Origin: Dendrobates tinctorius
Taxonomy: Eukaryota
DNA: 64,000 bases
Reading direction: 5' to 3'
Assembly (NCBI RefSeq): GCF_039654945.1
Contig: NW_027361869.1
Span: forward strand, 930,001-994,000
The notes under the pieces: generated by a model
Seen by the model: only the letters and a program-made list of their open reading frames with translations
What the model was told of the DNA's origin: nothing
Database searches by the model: none
In this document: positions 13,618-26,370 of the stretch, one piece after another
Position numbering within the stretch: position 1 is the first letter of the stretch
How the letters are laid out: every line of letters begins with the position of its first letter
Made by a program: the position numbers and the translations under genes

Positions 13618-14001
13618 AGAGAAATTATCATTAGATTATAAGTGTCCAATTTTTGCTCCTATTTTGTTCCCGCCGCTACCCTGAGTATTCCGGTTCTCGT
13701 TCTTTTCAAATCCGTCATACGGTTCCAGAGATACAGGCCTTTTTATATAGAGCTAATTTTTCAATAGTCTTTCCAAAAAGGGCGCGGCATGCAGAGCAGC
13801 CTAAAGACACGCCCCCCAGAGACTACTGTGAGCCACTCCCCCTTGAAAAGACCTTAAAAAAATAAAACACTAAATAAAAAGGCCCATATCGCTAGAACTG
13901 TATGACATTAGAAAAAAACTAAAAATGGATTACTCAAGGGAGCAGTGTGAATAAAATAAGAGCAAAATGTGGACACTTTTCACTTTGTGATAGTTCCTCC
14001 T
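13618..14001. mobile_element. TTAA-flanked (T2/Kolobok-type) MITE abutting the piggyBac-like element
   Basis: TTAA-AGAG ... CCT-TTAA ends with imperfect inverted arms; shares the TTAA at 13614-13617. Confidence 0.65.
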
Positions 14002-14623
14002 TTAAGAGGTACAAAATCATAAAATATCTACTGGAATAATAATTGTTAGATTAGTGAGGGAGAAACATCTTGGAACCTCACGATCACGGAGTCAGGAGCT
14101 GAGTGAAATGGGTAGTCGTGGTTTTTTTTTTCCTGCAACTTATTGTCTACAGGAGTGACAACCCCTTTAAACTCTGGCAGATATCTATAGGATTGTTATT
14201 CCTCCTAGAAAGTGATGAATAAATTGGGTATTACCATTCCTCTTGTCAATTAGGCGTGTCCCAACACAGTCTGGTACTGTGTGCAGCAATTGTACAGTGT
14301 GGGAATGTGCAGGGACCCCCCCCCTCCCAACTAGGACCTCCTAGCTGTCAATCTACGCCTATTTATAGGAGCAATGACATAGCAAAGTGATTAAAGGATT
14401 TTTTTTCTCCTAAAAATCATTGTTTGCACTCGGCTTTGATAAAAAAGTTAGTCTTCTATAGTCTTTGTGTCACACTATTACTGGCTGTAGAATGAGTTAA
14501 CTGAGAATCCGTGAGTGAGCTACTCTTGATGGGAACTTCCTCTGAACTTTTCTCAGCTGATCTGTTACCTCAAATTTCAACTCAACTTTCATGTGGTCAT
14601 AAATCAACAGAGAGGAGCTCAGA

Positions 14624-14820
14624 AGTCTGGGGGTCACACTTGCAAGAAACTTGCACGAGTCTCGCGTCTCAATACCCAGCACTGCCGCTGGCACTCAGAA
14701 CCGGAGCGCTCAGCTGCATAGAAATGCATGCAGCCACACACTCCGGTCCCATGTGCCGGCGGCAGTGCCGGGTATTGAGACGCGAGACTCGTGAGTTTCT
14801 CGCAAGTGTGACCCTGGTCG
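14624..14820. mobile_element. Short palindromic MITE (family of 29132-29313)
   Basis: GGGGTCACACTTGC ... GCAAGTGTGACCC hairpin. Confidence 0.7.
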
Positions 14821-17800
14821 AAGAAAGATAAATGTTACAAATGCTACATCAGAGCCAAGCTCACTAGCAGGTTCTCGGTTAACTCATTCTGCAGCCAGCA
14901 ATAGACGGCAAATGGCATAAAATTTTTAATGAAACCCAATGGGTAAAAATTAGTTTTAAGCAAAAAAAATCCATTTAAGTAAAAAATAAAACCTTGCCCA
15001 CAAACGTGTCCATGCTGTCACAAAGAGAACAATTAATACAAAATAAAATATATATATTTTTTTGGGTCACTTGTTCCCAGGACAAACCTGGTATACAACA
15101 ATTTTGGATGCCCCCTCAGGTCCTTCCCCCTGTACTTTAGGAATTGGGACACATAAAAATAACTAAACTCGCACAGCCACATTATTCTGATACGACATGA
15201 CGCCGTCCGGACGTCAGCTGTCCCCACTCTGGTTATGTGGAATGCTGTTGCTCCTAGGGGCCGGTTTAGGATTAATTCCTATGGTTTCCGAATCAGCCTG
15301 ACCCATCACAATCATTAACCCCTTTGCTGCCAGCAACTGTGCATTGTCATTGTCTACTAAGCTAAGGCAATTAAGATAGATCCAGGTTTTAGAGTTTAGG
15401 CAAAATCCCTCTACAAGCCTCTCTTCCAATTAAACAGACTACAGCCCAATTCAAAAAGTTGTGCAACTTTTTAAAAAGTCACAAGTGATGAATAGGCTTT
15501 GAACCCCAAGGCGCACCCACAAATGACGAACCTTTAACCCCCATAAAATAGACTTTAAAAAGGAGTATATTAAAAGAATAGTAAGGTGCAGATGAAAAAC
15601 ACCAAAAACTAGACCGAAAGCGATAATGAATTGCGCCCTGCTTTTTTTTTTTTTTTATTCTTATCCGTTTTGGTGGTCTGTGTGAAAAAACGTACATTTA
15701 CAGGTTAGTGTTAGATGCCTTTTTGCGGTGCCCGGTGCACCCTTGGTGTGGCCAAACGCACAGTGCACAAGCCCCTCCCCCAGATTTAGCATCCATCCTT
15801 TATCGGCTCCCTGTATACTAATTAACGGCGCTTGCTTGCGTCGGGTGAGCGCAGCCTGTGCACAGAGGGGTCCAACGTTTCCGCCAATCTCCACCCGCGA
15901 GAGCCCCGGGCTCACAGCTGTGTACACAGGCCACCAATAGCATTATGCTTTTTTTAGCGCATCAATTAAAAGTGGAGCCTAACCTTTATTACAGAGGACG
16001 GTTTGGGGGTCATGTATAAAAATATGAGTGTAGAAGCACCAGCCAAAACTGTGCGACATTGCACTTATGTTCCAGTGCTTTAAATGAAAACAGGGATGAA
16101 TTTATCAAGGCTTTTTCGCCAGGTTTTCCAAAAGTTGCACTTTTTTTTTTTGCACGTCATTCTTGATCAACAAAAATTGCAATTCATAAGTCTGGCCTGG
16201 GCCTATTTGTATTCTTAACTGACCTACCTTTTCAAAGTGTCGCATGACACACAAAAGAAAAAAAAATTATATATATAAAGTTGCGTGTATGTATGTACGT
16301 ATGTATGTGTCACATTGCAACTGGAAAAAAAAAAATCAATCAAACCATCGCCCCCTACTGGTCTGTTACGTAAAATCATTCTATAAAACATATTACGCCC
16401 CACGTGCCTTCAGGCACCGCGGGCGACATTTATTAACACGCTCCAGTAGACGAGACAGGAAGAACCCGTCATATTTATCCCGGGGGCAGTTGCCGTATCC
16501 TTCTAGATATGTTTGTTACTTCGCTCTTCTTACGCCGTCTCTTGGGTTCACTTTGCACCAATATAATTTACTGAAACCTGCTGGGACAGGTGCACGATAC
16601 AGTGTTGTTTGCTTTATCGTAAATATAGAATATTTTCAGAAATTGTCATTTTAGAATTGAAAAAAAACAAACAATTTTGAAAATAGTCAGTATTTACCAA
16701 AAACAAAGCAATTCTGACCCTCTGTTATTACTCCTGGAAATGTCAAATTGACCACTCCATGTTAATAAAATGGTCACCATGGACATAACCAAAAGAAGCT
16801 GTCAATTTATTCCCATATTTCCAGGAGGAATAACAGAGGAACACCAGAGTTCATAGTAAACGCGTGTATTTTTTTTTTTTTTTCCTACATCCACTCCTAT
16901 CAAAACGAGTCGATGTGGGAGAAAATAAAAATACAAAAAGTCACCATTTACAATGTGTGATTGCCCCAGGTTTCGTGCTCCTTACATCGTGCACTCCTAT
17001 TTTTGGGCAATAACCTTGGAGGATACATGCAGTTTTCTCCATAGTTGCAAAAAATCATAAAAAAAAAAAAAAAAAATATTACATACAAAAAATGACAGGA
17101 CCAGAAATTTCTAAAAAACAAAGTACAAACATTTTATTTTGTTTCTTTACAAAGGCCGACGCCTTGCAGGGTTTTTATGTCACTTTCTTAACAAAATATA
17201 AAATAGCTTCTTTTTTTTTTTCTCAAAACACAAGAGCTGAAATGGTTAAAAAAAAAAACAAAAAACATATAGGAAGATCTGATGGTAAGGTGAAGAGGGG
17301 GAGGAGTGCTGGGAATAGGGGTGGGGGGGTGGGGGGACAAGTCTTAAAGCTGCGGTACCCTCCCTTTACCTGAGCTGACAGAGTAACATGATGAAACTTA
17401 CAGTGGTAACGAGCCGGTTATTCCCATACAAAGCATACATTATGGTGTGACGATAGATCATCTCCCAATATTCTAGCCAAAAAAATTTAGTGCTATAGTC
17501 AGGAGCCCATTTAATAAGCCTTGATTAAATTTATTGCAAGAGTTAGGGCCCCCATAAAAATCCAATTCATTGTACAGCTGAAAGCCCCCTCTCCCGACTC
17601 CCCCATGCACAGAACGCTTGGTTTGGCCCAGCGCTCTTGTGCTCGCTCTGAAAGCCCCGCTGCCAGGAGCAAAGGAGTAAACTTGCTGATACTTCTCTCC
17701 CCTGATATGTTAGGGGAAAAATTGTGAGGGCTCCCAAACTCACTGGACTGTCAGCCGATCACATCAATATCAGCAAGTTCAGTTGACTTTATGAACATCT

Positions 17801-19194
17801 TTCATAGTGTAGTCCCACTTCTGATACCATCAGAATACTAACTTTTCCGGGAAGTTGTGGCCAGCCTGACAGCTGTCCGTGTAATTCTGATCTTCACGCG
17901 CCCTAATGGATATATACACATGGGTGGTGTTCATGTGACAACCTCTTTAAATTTTAAAGGCGTACAGGACATCTCAGTGCCCGAAAAACCTACACCCACC
18001 ACTGTAAATCCCAACATGTTAGTCCAGTCAGCGGCCATTAAGTAGGGAGAAGTCAGCAGTCTACCTAACATTTAGCAACCTTACTGGCAGAATTTAACCC
18101 TAGCAGACAAAACAAAAAAAAATATACATTTTTTAAGTGCTTATGATCCAATGAACTATAATAAAAAACAAAAAAAACCAAAAAACATAATAGACAAGAA
18201 GTAAACGGCGGAGGTGTCAGTCTAGTCCTCCATTTCTAACCAAACTGGCATCAAATCTCATGGGTGCAAATACACTGGCACAAGGTGACTGCCAAACTCA
18301 ATAGTCTTAACCAAAAGCTGATCATAGTGAGGCATCCATAATCTAGAGATTAGAACTAGAGGCGTTTCAGGTCTCCTACCTCAATGAGATAGCATGACCT
18401 GGAAGTCTCTCCCCTTGTATCCAGACAAAAGGAATACTTTAGCGAAAGCATGTCACTTGCCCTAAAATATATCATTTTTTACTTAGCATAAATGCCGCCG
18501 TTCTCCTGAATCCGAAGTTTTTTTCCTTTTTTTCCTGCGCCTCTCCGTTCCCGAGATATGGCTTCCTCTTTCCTTTCTATAAACCTAGTCTTTTTTTACC
18601 AAGGGGGTGTGTTCTAGACTCCCACGGGAGAGCCGAGCACTACGTCTCCTTATAACAAGACGAAGAGAGGACCATATCTCGGGAACGGAGAGGAGCAGAA
18701 ACAAAAGAAAAACCACGCTGGATTCAGGAGAACAGTGGCGTTTACACCAGGTTAAATTTTTTTTTACATATTACGAGTCCTTTAAGTATTATCATCACAT
18801 CAAATATTTCATGTTTTTGATAATTAAATGGTTTTAAGATTGCCAGATTAAGATATCGTCAGCCTGATTAATTACTGACCAACTATTTATGTAAAAGGTT
18901 GGCAAATTCTTAACAGCTTCTGAATGATGAAGTCTACAAAACAGCACAGACCCTCCTCACGTTACTGCATAGCCCTCTGAAGGTATCCTTTACCTACAAG
19001 CAATGGGGGCGGCCATATTGTGGGCTTCTCCTCCCAAACTTATTTTTCTTTTGAAAGATAAATTCAGCAATGAGGAATAAAGAAAGCTTTGGGCTTTGTT
19101 AAAAAGTTAATTAGGCCCCAAGTGAAAAGTCTGAATGATAGGAGGAGACTCCCCATCAACCAGTCTGTAATCCGAGAGTTAAAGGTATGCCTCC

Positions 19195-19660
19195 CTAGCA
19201 ACCAGTGTCTTAGGCCGGGTTCACACAAGCATATTTCATGGACCGCAATACCCAGACTAACTTCAGGTCTATGAACCTGAACTGCGTCTATGAAGCTATA
19301 AATTTGGGGTCAAGAAACCCGCAGTCAGTCCGAGCATTGCAGTCCGTATACAGACCTTGAAATAAGCTCGTGTGAATCCAGCCTAAAACACTGGTTGCTA
19401 GGTGGACTCAGGAGAAGGCTCCTTAGCAACCAGACTGTAACCAAAGAGATAAAGCTATGCTTCCCTAGCAACAAGTGTCTTAGGCTGTGTTCATATGAGC
19501 GCAATTCACGGTCCATATACAGAGCGCAAGGCCCGGACTAACCACAGATCTCCCAACCTAAACTTACAGCCTTATATATGTCTTTGAAGCTAGCTGTAAA
19601 CCATATACAGACAGTGAAATAGGACTGTGTGAACTTGGCCTAAGACACTGGTTGCTAGGT
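19195..19660. mobile_element. Two tandem MITE hairpins
   Basis: TAGCAAC(C/A)AGTGTCTTAGGC ... GCCTAA(A/G)ACACTGGTTGCTA repeated twice. Confidence 0.7.
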
Positions 19661-20339
19661 GGAGGCTCCGTAGCAACCAATCATCCAGATCTTTAATTTT
19701 TTTATTTTTTTTTTAACTAGGCCCAAAAAACCTGTGTACATACATACACCTAAAGGACATTATAAAAGGAAATTCCCATTAAGAGCTGGTAACAGGAGAC
19801 GTGCCTGCTCTGGTGAATTTAGCTCGACCATATATTCCATGGTTGCTCTATGGGAAAGTGCGGCTTACTGCCCTTCCCAATGGCAATATTAGTTGACTTT
19901 AGTGGCAATGATCACCAGGGTGGATTTCTTTGGCAACGGGGGTTGTCTAGAATGACAAAAACGTGGCCGCTTTCTTTCAGAAACAGCGCCACACCTGCCC
20001 ACAGGTTGAGTGAGGCATTACGGCTGGTGCACAGTCACTGTAATTGAACCGAGGGGCAACGCCAAACAAGCGGCACGGTTGCTTGGACAAACCTTTAAAC
20101 GGGTTGTTTTTTTTTGTTAAAGCCAGGTTTAACATGGCCATAGTTCACGGTTTTCATATGGCCGGGCCGAACTTATGTCATATATCACAATGAAGGTGTA
20201 AGATTGGGGCAAAAGACCCTGTATACGGGCCGCCGGTAAGGGCGTAACCCCGATCCGTTCTATACAGACTGCATCTGTAAGGATTGGTAAAACAGCAAAG
20301 TCCAGTCTCTCCAGCAAATCTACCGAGATTGTCTGTAAG

Positions 20340-21444
20340 TAATGGATACCAGTCAATGGAGTAAACAATGTAATGCACAATTGTTTTTTTTCACTCCATA
20401 ATTTTGGAAAGTTTTGGTACTGCCTATTAAATGCAATAATTTTGCATTTTAGCTTTAGTTTTGCAACTAAGCGTGCCAGTAAAAAAACTAATTTTTTTTC
20501 TATATTTAGCTTTTTAAGACGACCCACAGAGTCCATACCGACTGCGAAGCATATAAGCGTTATCTAAAAAAAAAAAGAAAAAAAAAAAGGGGGGGGGGGT
20601 TATGAAGGCCACAGCAGCAAATAGCTCAACAAATAGCTCAAAATATGCCAGAATGTAGTGCTAAGACTTTGCATGGTATGATCACATATAGCTATAAAAG
20701 TTGGGGTCCCTAAGACTTTATGAAAGTTAGAATGCAAGATCCTAAATAGATAAAACAAAATAAAAAAAAAAAAAAAAGAAGAGGCCTGCACTTATTTTAG
20801 GCAGCAAGAGTTACATATATATTTTATGTAAATTGCCTTGAAATTTGGGCTTTTTTTTAGGTTTCTTTTAAAAGAAATCGGTATTAAATATAGGTATATT
20901 ATACACAGCACTATAAAATATAAGTATAAAATTTATCTATTATAGTATAAATTGAAAGGCATGGCATTATGGACTACCACACTCACTATCTCCTAGGAGG
21001 CAGGACTACGCTTATTTCTCTTATACCTATATATAGATGAGGAGAGACTTTTTTTTTTTTTTTTTTTTTTACAAGTGCAGGCCTTCTGCTGGGAAAGACG
21101 TAGCAAAAAAAAAACAAAAAAAAAAAACAACAAATTGCTGCAAATTTAAGAAGAAAAAAAAAAAAAAAAAAAAAAAAGATTTGTAAGCACCCTACCACAA
21201 TGACACTCCTCCTTTTGTCTAACAGACCAGGACAACCCCTTAGTGCTTTTACCCTTTTTCACCCTCAACAACCTCATTACAGTATCTTTGCGGTCAGCAG
21301 TAGACCACCCTATAAACCCTACAGATATGGGAAGAAGGCCGGCAGGGAGCGCCCCCTGACTGTGCTCCCCCTCAAGTACCCTCACAGCCTCCTCCCCTCC
21401 AGTTCCCCCAGTCTTTTGCCCACTCCTGGTAAGGGCAGTAGATG
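20340..21444 (-). other. TFAP4: TFAP4 3' UTR (proximal part; distal end not determined)
   Basis: Directly follows the stop codon; non-repetitive and U-rich on the mRNA strand; contains miRNA seed matches. Confidence 0.65.
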
Positions 21445-21618
21445 TCAGGGGTCCTCCATTGCATCATCCTTGATTTGATCTGCTTCGCTGTCATCGCATT
21501 CTGTGTCCGATGCGGTGTCTGAATCGTCGCATGGGCGCGCAGCGTTCACAATGACCGCCCTTCGCTGCTCATCTTCCAGCAGCTGTTTGTCTCGTGTGCC
21601 CTCTATGTGCTGTATGGC
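21445..21618 (-). CDS. TFAP4: TFAP4 exon 7 coding part (AIQHIEG...acidic tail, stop TGA)
   Basis: ORF 21445..21651; acceptor tttccaccag; 174 nt including the stop. Confidence 0.96.
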   Translation of the reverse strand, partial: AIQHIEGTRDKQLLEDEQRRAVIVNAARPCDDSDTASDTECDDSEADQIKDDAMEDP

Positions 21619-22312
21619 CTGGTGGAAACAGGGAAAAATAGGTAGTGACATTACTGAATTTCTAAGACCCTTCCATCTATAGGGAGAAAGGCTATAACCA
21701 TGGGAGAAGCCGCCGCAGCCATGCTTTACACGAGCAACCCATTGATTTCAATGTGTAATGCTCCATGTCCCCTCAAGAGGCGCTGCAGGAGAATTTAACA
21801 CTTACTGCAGGGTTCTCCCGTAGATAAGCATATACGGCCATGTGAAAGGCTCCTAGACTATGATAGGTACAAGTTCTAGGTGGGAAAACCACGGATATAA
21901 ATCATTAGATAAAAGTGTATGTCTGAATTATCCCTTATGGCGGCATAGAGCGATATTTGGTCGTGCGAAATGTGTCGAGGCTAAAGTCGCCGCAGCCTAA
22001 AAGGTGTGTTCCCATCTTTAATATTTATGTCAGATTATAGGTCCTAGTCGTGGCACCTAGACGGGGCCAGTATTGTTCTTCCTACATTCACTTTTTTGAG
22101 ATTTTCCCCTAAAATTTCCAGCACGCTTGCTTGTCGATTTTTGTAACTCAGCGAGTGAGCCACACAAATAGCTTCTTTACAGAGGACGAGAAGTTTCTTT
22201 ACTGCCACCCGATACACACCTGCCCCGGGTCCAGGCTCTGCTCCCTTCACGCCCGGCAATGATCCATCTAGGTCTATATAAGGCCCACCAAGACACACAC
22301 CTGTGTCTTGGT

Positions 22313-23014
22313 TAAGGCCGGCGTCACCACTCGGGCAAGTGCCAGGGCCCTAAGCAAGAGAGAGGGGGCCCACTAGCCGATGCGCTGTGAGGCCACCCCG
22401 TGGTTTAAAACAGTTTGCATACTTACATCTCCTCATTCCCTGCTGGCCGCAGGTCCGGTCTCTTCTGTGTCTGGTGACTCAGTAACGTCTCAAGGCAGAG
22501 AGCGCAATGACGTCACTACAGCACGTCCTCTGTCCTGAGCACTGCAGAGAGACAGAAGTCGCGAAAGAGACAGGAACTGCAGCCAGCGAGAAGAGGGGAG
22601 TATTTTCTTTTTTAATGCACTATACGGGGCTCATTATACTGTATGGGGCACTGTGTGAGGCCCATTATACTGTATGGAACACTATATGGGGCCCATTATA
22701 CTGTATGGAGGGACCATGTGGTGCCCACAATACTGCATGGAGGACTATACTGTCCAGTGTAAAATAAAAAACTTTTGAATCCTCCTGGGGGCACACACTC
22801 TGCGCTGTGTGGATTTGCCCGTTTCTGAGCTATTGTAAAATTTACAATAGATCTAACTTCATGTAGCGTAAGAAGTCAGTGAAATCTTTGGCACTGTACT
22901 ATACCTGTATTTCTCCTGCCGTATCTGTGCATCATGAATGACGAATGGTGTGTATTAAAGGGGCCCACTGAGACGCTTTCGCATGGGGCCCACGAAAACC
23001 TGGAGTTGGCCCTG
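22313..23014. mobile_element. hAT-type non-autonomous element in TFAP4 intron 6
   Basis: 8-bp TSD GTCTTGG(T/C); TIR TAAGGCCGGC / GTTGGCCCTG; internal ~32-bp tandem repeats at 22620-22750. Confidence 0.75.
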
Positions 23015-23613
23015 GTCTTGGCATTAAGACTCTTAGTTTGTTTGTGCTTCACCTGCCTGCTTCACCAAAGCCCGAGGCCTGTGTGCCCACCCGGACCTTG
23101 TGCTTGGAGTACCCACTTAACCAGGTGATGCCAACACCTACTGGAGGTCGCAGTCCTAGAAGTCAACATCTTAAGACCCTTGCAACACGAGTTGCCCGGA
23201 GGAGGTGGCGAGAACCTCAAAAATAGCAGTCTTCAACAGTGGACTTGCTTTTTGGAGAAGATTCAGTTTTGTCTCTATATCCTTAGTCATGTGGCAAAGC
23301 TGTTGACTTCTAGGATGGCTACTTCCAACAGCTGGCACTATAGACTTTGTTCTCTCACATGGTCCATGTCATTTTGGTACTGCACTTCAGAAGAAGACTT
23401 TACCCTTACAGCGAGTCATGTATGCGCAGCCATCACTCATTCCAATGCCGCATTCTTGTGACAGTGGTGGAACTTACACCTTTCAGACTTGTAATCTTTT
23501 CTTTTCTTTCCAAGATGGCAGTAACATATGATTTTTAAGTTTTCAAAGCTGTTGAATGTTCGTCGGAGTCAAATCACGAAACCAAGCCCTCGCCCAACTT
23601 ATTTCACACTCAC

Positions 23614-23778
23614 CTGCACAATCGTGTCCAAATTTTGCCGAGATGTGGACACAGAACTGATAACCGAGGAATGTCCCACAGTCACGACATTGACGTGATG
23701 AGAAGTTGGAGGCGGAGGAGCGGGGACTATTACAGTGGGGTGGTGAGTGGGCGCCACAGGCATATGGGGACCCAGAAG
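23614..23778 (-). CDS. TFAP4: TFAP4 exon 6 (LLGPHMPVAPTHHPTVIVPAPPPP...RQNLDTIVQ)
   Basis: ORF 23599..23793; acceptor tttctgcag, donor CAG|GTGAGT; 165 nt. Confidence 0.95.
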
Positions 23779-23958
23779 CTGCAGAAATAACATATATATT
23801 GTTATATATTAGAAGGCTAAAATACAGAAAACACAAGTCTATGTAATAAAATAGGCAGCATGGCACCACCTCATCGGTTAAAATGGCAGCAGATAGCATG
23901 ATGGCTAAGGAACAGCAGGGTGCTCTATGATAATGGCAAGAAGAATAGTCTGTCTCAC

Positions 23959-24087
23959 CTGAGAATGGAGAGGCTGGTCACCCCTGTCCAGTGACTCGTC
24001 CGACTGTCCCTGCCCTCCCTCTTCCTGGATTTGTTGAGCTATAGCCTTCAACTTTTCAGGGTACATGTGAGCTTCCAGAGCCCGCAC
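23959..24087 (-). CDS. TFAP4: TFAP4 exon 5 (VRALEAHMYPEKLKAIAQQIQ...PLHSQ)
   Basis: ORF 23905..24087; acceptor ggcag, donor CAG|GTGAGA; 129 nt. Confidence 0.94.
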
Positions 24088-24748
24088 CTGCCAGTTATAT
24101 CAGTCAATTAGAAGTTTGACCAGTGATTCATTATAGGGGTATTCCTAGGTTATTTTAAAAAAATGACCTAGAATAAGACTCTGCGTCTCCTACCGAACCT
24201 GAGAGCGAAGGGGCTGCAGCACTAATTTAATGCCGCAGCACTAATTTAGTGTCATATCCATTTTACTGTTGTATCTTGCACAGAGCCGGCCCAGGTTACC
24301 TGACTTTGTGCAGTGCAGCCCTTTCATTCTCATGCAGATGCAGAAATCAGACCTCCCAATTCCTAAAGTAATGACCATATGCCATCATTTAAATGGGAAT
24401 AACCCTTTAAGATGCTGGAGTCATTTAAGTCATGCAAAGCTACCGTGCCATCCTACACCCTCATCAATCTTCTAATAGGAAACTAATGGGTGGGTATATT
24501 CTTATATGCCATTTGCATGCTGCATGCCATGCTATAAGGGCGCAGTCAAAAGGCCACTTAAATTGGACGGCGGTGCGCGGACTGGCCGGCGGCTCGCCTG
24601 ACCCAAGAGTGACAGCTGCAAAGAAATATATGAAGCTGTGACACTCGGGTAAGGAGAGCCGCCGGCCAGTCCGAGCATTGCGGTCCAATTTATACGGCTG
24701 TTTGACTGCGCGGTAAAAAAAGATCAGGCCATTTCTTTAACCATTTAC

Positions 24749-24919
24749 CTGTTCCTCCAGCATCATCCTCACAGAACGCTCCTTGTCCAGTTGCTGCCTC
24801 AATTCAATCATTTCCCTTCTCAGGTCGTCTGCTTTTTCCTCTTCCCAAATATCTGGGGAGCCAATGCCCTCATCTTTGTCTTCCGCCCTTCGTCGCTTAG
24901 GGGAAGAGCCATTGAACTC
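24749..24919 (-). CDS. TFAP4: TFAP4 exon 4 (EFNGSSPKRRRAEDKDEGIGSPDIW...MMLEEQ; NLS-like motif, EGIGS degron-like motif, leucine repeat 2)
   Basis: ORF 24737..25036; acceptor ttacag, donor CAG|GTAAAT; 171 nt. Confidence 0.97.
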
Positions 24920-25070
24920 CTGTAATAGGTAGAGGACATTATAGTATGAAAGGCTGGAAAAATTGTATACATTCCTAATAACTGGGATACAAAGCAGAAC
25001 CCTGGTACATATTGGGGCTAAGCAACCAAAAATCAATAAGGCTTCGGTAAAAAAAAAAAAAAAAAAAAAA

Positions 25071-25401
25071 AAAGGTTATATACAGTATATTCATAGGTGA
25101 TGACTTACTGATTGGTGTGGGTCAGACCTCTGAGGGCAAGCACATATATTTTGAAACCCGACTGCAGCTCCATTCATTCTCTATCGGACTGCTGGAAAAA
25201 GCAGAGCGCAAAGTTTGGCAGCCCCATAGGAAATGAATCAAGCAGCGGTTGAGTGAGCGCACTGCCACTCCATTATATACAGGAATAAAAGTGCCCCATT
25301 CTGCTGATCGGTGCAGACCATGGCAGTCAGACCTCCACCAACCAGTAAGTCATCACCCATCCTGGGGATAGGTTATAACTCGTTTTCACCGTACAATCCC
25401 T
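25071..25401. mobile_element. T2-type MITE in TFAP4 intron 3
   Basis: Imperfect inverted arms (ATAGGTGATGACTTACTG / CAGTAAGTCATCACCCAT) ending in CCCTTTAA. Confidence 0.6.
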
Positions 25402-25461
25402 TTAATAATGATAGCTCTGTAACAGTATGCAAGCTTTTGCAGCAATTTTCTACTTTCTCAC

Positions 25462-25560
25462 CTGTATAAACCGCTTGAGTTGGGTATTCTGCTGCAGCAA
25501 CCTAGTCTTCTCCTGTTCCAGGGAGAATATATAATCGGCAGTCTGCTGCAGTATCGCTGC
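25462..25560 (-). CDS. TFAP4: TFAP4 exon 3 (helix 2 and leucine repeat 1: AAILQQTADYIFSLEQEKTRLLQQNTQLKRFIQ)
   Basis: Manual translation; acceptor gcacag, donor CAG|GTGAG; 99 nt. Confidence 0.97.
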
Positions 25561-26204
25561 CTGTGCGGATAAGCCGAGCAGTAGACATATTAGCATTGGA
25601 GACAGCAACGTTACAGACTTCCATCATACAAGACAACCACCTAATCACAATGTGTTTTGTCCCCCACCCCTCTCATCAAAGTCTTTTAGAAAAGTTCATA
25701 TGGTTCTAGTCTCTTTCTTGTCCACCATTTTCCCCATTGTGCCAAATTGCTCTAGGGTGAAATTTACATTTAGTACAATAAAAGTGTCATTCTTTCAAAA
25801 TATTCCCACCTTCGAGATAATTAAACATTCAGCTTTACTGCATGCAGTAAAACGAGTTTATTTTATTTCTGTGGAGATTTGAGCACATATGACATCTAGT
25901 GGCCAATGTGAAAACTGCAGCTTCCATTTACTTTTACAAGGTTGAACAAAATTTTAGGTCATCCGAAGTTTCATGGCACCATGTTTAAGGCCAGATTCAG
26001 AAGGTTACATTTTACAATCTGTATGTAGACTCCAATACCCAGACAGACCGCAGGTCTCTTGACCCCAATTTACAGCCTCATATATGCCTATGGGCTAGGA
26101 CACTCGCATTCTCTCTGGGCATTTCAGTCTGTATACGGGTCCATGAGACACATATTGCGCTGTAGACCACTTCGGCCAGTATAAGACCCCCCAATGTTAC
26201 GCAC

Positions 26205-26370
26205 CTTGCTTAGCTTCTCCCCATCTGTATGAGGGATTAGAGTTTTCAGAGACTGGAAGCCAGCATTGATACTCTGCATACGGCGGCGTTCATTGCTATT
26301 GGCGATTTCCCGACGTATCCGCCTTTCCTGGTCCCGTTGCGTCTCTGGCGTCAAGGGGATGTTTGCTAGG
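26205..26370 (-). CDS. TFAP4: TFAP4 exon 2 (basic region and helix 1: LANIPLTPETQRDQERRIRREIANSNERRRMQSINAGFQSLKTLIPHTDGEKLSK)
   Basis: ORF 26124..26393; acceptor ttttcag, donor AAG|GTGCGT; 166 nt. Confidence 0.98.

Noticed and set aside
18350-18410. Second hammerhead-like motif (AGGT..ACCT-GAAACGCC on the minus strand)
   Set aside because: No CUGANGA-equivalent box precedes the stem
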